From Octopus vulgaris (lineage: Eukaryota): DNA of 64,000 nucleotides. Shown here one piece after another: positions 55,493 through 64,000 of the stretch. The stretch spans positions 78,244,001 through 78,308,000 of the forward strand of contig OX597820.1 of NCBI GenBank assembly GCA_951406725.2. The letters run 5' to 3'. A program made the position numbers and the translations under genes. Below the pieces are notes generated by a model. That model did not search any database, had not been told where the DNA came from, and was given only the letters and a program-made list of their open reading frames with translations. Every line of letters begins with the position of its first letter. Position 1 is the stretch's first letter.

Positions 55493-56642
55493 ACCATAAA
55501 CACACACACGCATATATATATATAAATATTTATATGTGTGTATGCGCATATGTGTATGTATGTATATATTTATATACACTCACACGAACACGCAGACATA
55601 CACACACACACATAGATATACATCACAATGAGTGTTTGTGCGTGCGTGTGCATGAAAAGTGAAGAACTAAAGTTTACCAATAAGTCGATATTCGGTGACA
55701 AGAATCACAAGAAAGAAAGAGAAATACGAGTAGAGGTATGAAGAATGATAATATTGCAAAGAAGACGAATGAAGGCAGAAGTTAGAAAAATATATGGTGT
55801 GGCTCAAAAAAAAAACGAGTAAAAGAATAGCTAAAGTGATACAAAAATGAAAATGTTGACCAAATAAAAATAAAGAGATTAGTTGCTGGAAATATATCTA
55901 CGGTTGTTGTTGTCTGATATATTGAAGTATCAACACGAGAATGAATGTAAATATTAAAAATAGATTGAAAGGCAACAATAATTAAAGCATCCAACAAGAA
56001 TACGTTCCCAAATAATATTTACTGCTTCAGTCTTGTAGATATATGAATATTGTTTGCCAATTCCATAATACTAAATATTTCTTATCAGAGTGTCTTTCAC
56101 GTGGTAAAGTCAATAACTGCTGTCAAAACCGTAAAATCCGATTATCTATCTGTATGAAAAACAGCTCCATATCTTGGTGGAATTTTGAACAATCTAAAAA
56201 AATCATAATAAACACTTCAAAGGCAAGATATATCTTACATCTATACTGTTTCCTCTGCTTCAGTGAGAGCTCAGACAACTTTCTTACTAAGTCGTGGTCT
56301 ATACTGTTGTACGCTCATGGTCAAAACTTATTATGCAGTCTACTGCTGGAGAACTCCAAGACCCTCTATTTGTTTTACCAATTTCACATAGTTGATTCCT
56401 TATTGGCCACAATTACTGTAACATGTAAGCTGAGTAAGGAAAGATACAACCCTCAAAATATGACTAATTTATAGCAGAACTTCAGAGAATTGAACTTTTA
56501 TTCTTACGCTTTCAAATGTTAAACGTTGAAAGTGTATATTATTTACATTTGACGGATATTTGTCCTCATCTTGTTTGTCGTTAGCACAACGTTTCGGCTG
56601 ATATACTTTCCAGCCTTCATCAGTGACCTGAATAACAACAAC

Positions 56643-59391
<2,749 letters not shown>

Positions 59392-59452
59392 CAACAACTA
59401 CAACATCGAAAAGTACCTTAGGAATGAAAACCCAGGTTCGAAATTTTCCCAA

Positions 59453-59498
59453 GAAACCTGATGAAAGCTGGAGGGTATATCAGCCGAAACGTTGTGTT
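59453..59498 (+). ncRNA. Minimal hammerhead motif, family H
   Basis: GAAAC-CTGATGA(59458-64)-A-AGCTG-gagggtatat-CAGCC-GAAA(59486-89)CGTT-GTGTT. Confidence 0.65.
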
Positions 59499-61381
59499 AA
59501 CAACAAACATGATGAGGGAAAATATCTGTCGAATGAAATAATGTACATAATGTACATAAGACCTCATCCCTTATATATAGAACTGTGTTGAAAGTATAGA
59601 TCCTCAACAAGCAGCAGTACATGATATAATATTCCTTCCAGTAGTCAGCATGACATTCAAAGGAGAGTGAAACATTCATGGTAGATGTTATATCTTCCAC
59701 AAATTTTTAGGAATGCAGACGATAAAATACTTTTGACTTTCATGTTTGTTCATGAAATCAAGGGACTTATTTTATCCTTTTAAACACAGCTTACTTATTT
59801 GCTGATCATATCAATTACATATTATTCTATCATACATATTATTCTATCAGGATAGCGACCAAAATCAAACATCAGCCTTTAAAAAAATGGCTAAATTAAC
59901 CGCATTATTCAAACAGCTAATTGCGATTAAAAGAAACTTCCATCAATGCAATGTTGATTAATTGTTTTCTTGTTCAGTATATATCTTTGCACATGGGAAC
60001 GTACCCCACGAGAGGTTTTTTTTTACCGAGCTCCCTTCTTTTTGTTTCCTTCTCTGTCCCCTCAGTCTCTCCTGTATTTTCATTTCCTACCAAACGAGAG
60101 ACTATGTCCCAAGCGTTATACCTTTATTTTATGACATTTAATACGTAACTTTTCTTCTTTCTTTGAGTTCCATCCTAATAATATTAAATTTGAACATCCC
60201 TAATACGTTCATGATATTTTGTTGTGGCATTTGCTTTGATATACACACCTACAGGTGTGTGCGTATGCGTGTGCGTGCGCATGCGCGCGTAAGTGTATAT
60301 GTCATGCATATACTCAACCAGATCATTTACAATTTTTGAAACAATATACTGACATTTTTTTTATTAAAGACCAAAATTGCTTGTATGTCAAAACAGTAAT
60401 AAATGTTTCCTGACGGCTATGTTTCTGCAAGTGATACTGTGATATTTAAATATATAAACAAATATAACATTTCACCGTGGTTATAAACAATAAAAGCCCA
60501 GCGGATGAAGCAAGTGAACGAATACAAATGGAAGATAAAACCAAAACGTAACACGAAGAACATTAAAAGAAAACTTATCCATTTTTGTGTAGTTAGAGGA
60601 GATTTTTTTCTACTGACATTTTTTGAAGTTTAGCCGACATGAGCGTAATGGTGTGTGCGTATACAGACATGCATATATATATATATATATATATATATAA
60701 GAAAATGGAGGAGAAATGTAGTGGATACTTAGGTAATTTTAATACAGATAAGATTCAGGATGTAAAGGAAGCGAATAAACAATAGAAATAAATTTTTCAA
60801 TCCGACCATTAGGTTCAGATCATCACCATTCAAGGGATGTTAGATGTAAAATAACCACACATCATGTCCGAATCTCGTCAGGGAGTGATGTTTAATTTCT
60901 GCTGATATATATGGGCGGTGAAGATTGATAGCTAGATAAGTAGACTAATACATAGACAGACCGACAAATAGAAATACACAACTGATCATACATGTACATA
61001 AGCACGCACACGCACGCACCCTCACAGAAGCACACATACACAAACACACAAACACACACAATATGTATGAGTATGAACAGGTATATCTGTATGACAATTT
61101 GTATAGATATCATTATATCTATACCTATATATACATTAATAAACATGGCTTCTAGATCTAAACCAGTGAGTCTCAACCAGATGTACTCTAGATGTTCTCA
61201 TTGCAAGAAACAACTAGATTTTCTTTATATAATGCTTAACTTATTCAAGAACGGTTTTGGACAGTGAGCAATGTTCCCTCAAAGAGTGGTACTGAAAACC
61301 TAAACAAATGAATGAGTGAAAAGCAAAACAGGAATTTTCACATAAATGTTTATGAAAATGATTTTTAAACATCGAAATGTT

Positions 61382-61775
61382 AGGCGCAGGCGTAGCTGTG
61401 TGTTAGGAAGCTTGTTTGCCAACCACATCGTTCAGATTTCAGTACCACCTTCGGCAAATATCTTCTACTATAGCCTCGGGTCGATCAAAGCCTTGTGATT
61501 GGATTTGGTAGACAGAAACTGAAAGAAGCCCGTCATATATATATGTGTGTGTGAGAGTGTCTATGTGTGTGTGTCTTCTGTTTGTCTTTGTTTCACCCAC
61601 TACCGGTGTTGGCGTATTTACGCCCCCGTAAAATAGCGGTTCGACAGAAGTGATCGATAGAATAAGTAGCAAGCTTGAAAAAAGTAAGTACTGGGGTTGC
61701 TTCACTCGACTAAAAAAATGTTTAAGGTGGTGCCCCAGCATGGCCGCAGTCTAATGACTGAAACAAGCAAAAGAA
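61382..61775 (+). mobile_element. SINE family A
   Basis: aggcgcaggcgtagctgtgtg.. through ggtggtgccccagcatggccgcagtctaatgactgaaacaagcaaaag. Confidence 0.87.
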
Positions 61776-61885
61776 GTGAAACAATGAAATACAAAATGAG
61801 AATTTCCAAAGAATCCATAGAAAAGAATTTTAAACATGGAATTGTTATGCGGGGTTCCACTAGAAAAAAATAGTAATCCGACACT

Positions 61886-62150
61886 CCTACATTTAAGAGA
61901 TGAGGAATTATTTACATTATTTAATTTATTTACATTTGACGGATATTTGTCCTCACCTTGCTTGTTGTTAACACAATCTTTCGGCTGATATACACTCCAG
62001 CCTTCATCAGGCGTCTTGGGGAAAATTTCTAATCTGGGTTCTCATTCCTAACGTATTTTTCAATGTTATTCCATACAGTGACTTGAATAATAATAATAAT
62101 AATAATAATAACATTGAAAAATACCTTAGGAATGAGAACCCAGTTTCAAA
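61886..62150. mobile_element. Third family H inverted element (hammerhead on minus at 61970-62015)
   Basis: Inverted arm 61886-62070 and forward arm 62068-62150 (ccatacagtgacttg(AAT)n..gaaaaataccttaggaatgagaacccag). Confidence 0.85.
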
Positions 62151-62248
62151 ATGGAAATGATGTAAATATAGGGATCAACCAGTTCCATTGCTAAAAAATA
62201 AATCGATGAAAACAACTGATATAAACTAACACTGTAGATGTTGATGTC

Positions 62249-62566
62249 GAAGGCGCGTGGCTTAGTGGTTAGGGAATTCGGCTCACAATTCTAAGGTCGT
62301 GAGTTCAATTCCCGGTGACGTGTTGTATCCCTGAGCAAGACACTTTATTTCATGTTGCTCCACTCCACTCAGCTGGTAAAAATGAATTGTACCTGCATTC
62401 CAAAGAGGCCAGCCTTGTCACACTCTCTGTCACGCTGAATCTGCTTGAGAACTACGTTAAGGGTACACGTGTCTGTGGATTGCTCAGCTACTTGCACATT
62501 AATTTCACAAGCAAGCTTTTCCGTTGATCGTATCAGCTGGGACACTCGTCGTAACCGACGGAGTGC
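62249..62566 (+). mobile_element. SINE family C, full length
   Basis: A box ggcttagtgg, B box gagttcaattccc, body gctccactccactcagctggtaaaaatga, tail gtaaccgacggagtgc. Confidence 0.9.
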
Positions 62567-63579
62567 TCCGTTTTTTTAGCTATTGAAAGTAAATAAATTA
62601 TGCAGTTTATTCCCAGTAAAATGAATAGAAAGAAAATATTTCAGATTGCATGAAACCTTACGACTTCGTTGCTTTTCCTGCAAGTTGTTTTTTTGCATCT
62701 ATTTAGTTTATTTAAAAACCCATACATTTGCAATGACTTTCATACACGCGTATAGAAAATGTAGACGCGTACACATGCACACATACAGGGTTGCACATAA
62801 GTACACACACACATGTGTGTGTTTGAGTGTGTATGTGGGGGATGTGGGGGTTTAGCGTGTGTATATTCTGGATGCTAAAAGCTTCTCGTTATACTACAAA
62901 CGTGTATAAAAGACACTAATATATTATCACACTTAAATATTCAGTCCCGCTTTCTCTCTCTCCTCTCGCTCTCGCTCTCTCACCCACACGCACCTTCTCG
63001 CTCTCTCTATCTCTATCCATCTCTTTTCATAAATACATATCGCTCCCCTCTCTCACATTCCTTGGCATTCTCTTTCTTTAATCTCACTACTTTCCTCTAT
63101 TACCTCCCTTGTACCTACCCCCTCTCTCTCTCTCTAGTTCTTTCCCCAATCCCTCCGCTCCCCAACTCTCTCTGATCCTTCTTTCTTGGCTTGACCGCCG
63201 CTCGCACAACACCTGTTTTCCTGTCCCCTGACTCTCACCTATGTTTGTTGCCTTAAGGCTTCCACTTCACGCGCCAGCTTCACTCAATTTGTCCCTTTAG
63301 GCGAAAGACACCTGTTGTTCTTGTTAGCATTTGTAATCGTGTAACATTTTCTCCGTTTATTCGTTTTTTGTCCGTGTTGTCACATATAGCCCGCTTTCTT
63401 CCAAAAATTGAATGCCCTTAGCTTAGATTTTTGGGGCTTACCAATTTTGAACAGTCTCAAACTGTAGTGATAACTGGAAGCTTGACTGTTGAATAGAAAG
63501 CTACGAATGTTCCGTCCTGATTATTTCGTATCCGTCTTTGTATTTTTTTTTATTGTTGTCCGTTACGTTCCCGTTTCGT

Positions 63580-63823
<244 letters not shown>

Positions 63824-64000
63824 GTATTTGGCTAGATGAGATTCAAGACCAAAATAGAAATAATTCACAACCACTAAAATGCGACGAAGGGTGAAGGGAT
63901 TACAAGCATTGCTAGAAATAGCAGTCAAAGAACACTTTGGCCACAAAAGCAATGTGCTTACTTCTAGCACTCTGCACACTTTATCAACGCATTTAGTACA

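Noticed and set aside
56043-56474. 143-aa non-repetitive ORF upstream of the LINE
   Set aside because: No recognisable domain, and it is separated from the LINE by the family H arm, so it is not a LINE ORF.
60699-60830. Segment sharing the agaaaatggagg terminus with 12833, with a minus-strand GTGATGA-TCTGA..TCGGA-TT-GAAA
   Set aside because: Possibly a decayed pLTR hammerhead, but C3, helix III and helix I are missing, so it is too degenerate to call.

Overview
AT-rich eukaryotic intergenic or intronic DNA, dense in microsatellites and transposons. The SINE, Tc1/mariner and Dong repertoire and the extreme (TA)n/(TG)n content suggest a cephalopod (Octopus-like) genome; this is an inference. 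I can support no host protein-coding gene, and nearly all listed ORFs are microsatellite translation artefacts. Identifiable content: a young 5'-truncated R4/Dong-clade RLE LINE in a (TAA)n tract (56744-59314); two Tc1 (DD34E) elements, one apparently with an intron; several mariner/maT relics; a Chapaev3-like element; CR1/L2-type and RTE-type LINE 3' ends; a decayed Penelope RT; and about 30 tRNA-derived SINE copies from several modular families. The most interesting signal is RNA-structural. At least four sequence-unrelated families of minimal type-I hammerhead ribozyme motifs (CUGANGA..GAAA) occur in Penelope-like modules: 5256-5346/5506-5596; 13036-13159; 55012-55047; and 7976-8021/56583-56623/59453-59498/61970-62015. 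The last family is fused downstream of a tRNA-like Pol III head and a (TAA)n tract, and all three of its loci are inverted pairs. It is a candidate Penelope-mobilised, ribozyme-carrying SINE. All folds were paired by eye, not computed.
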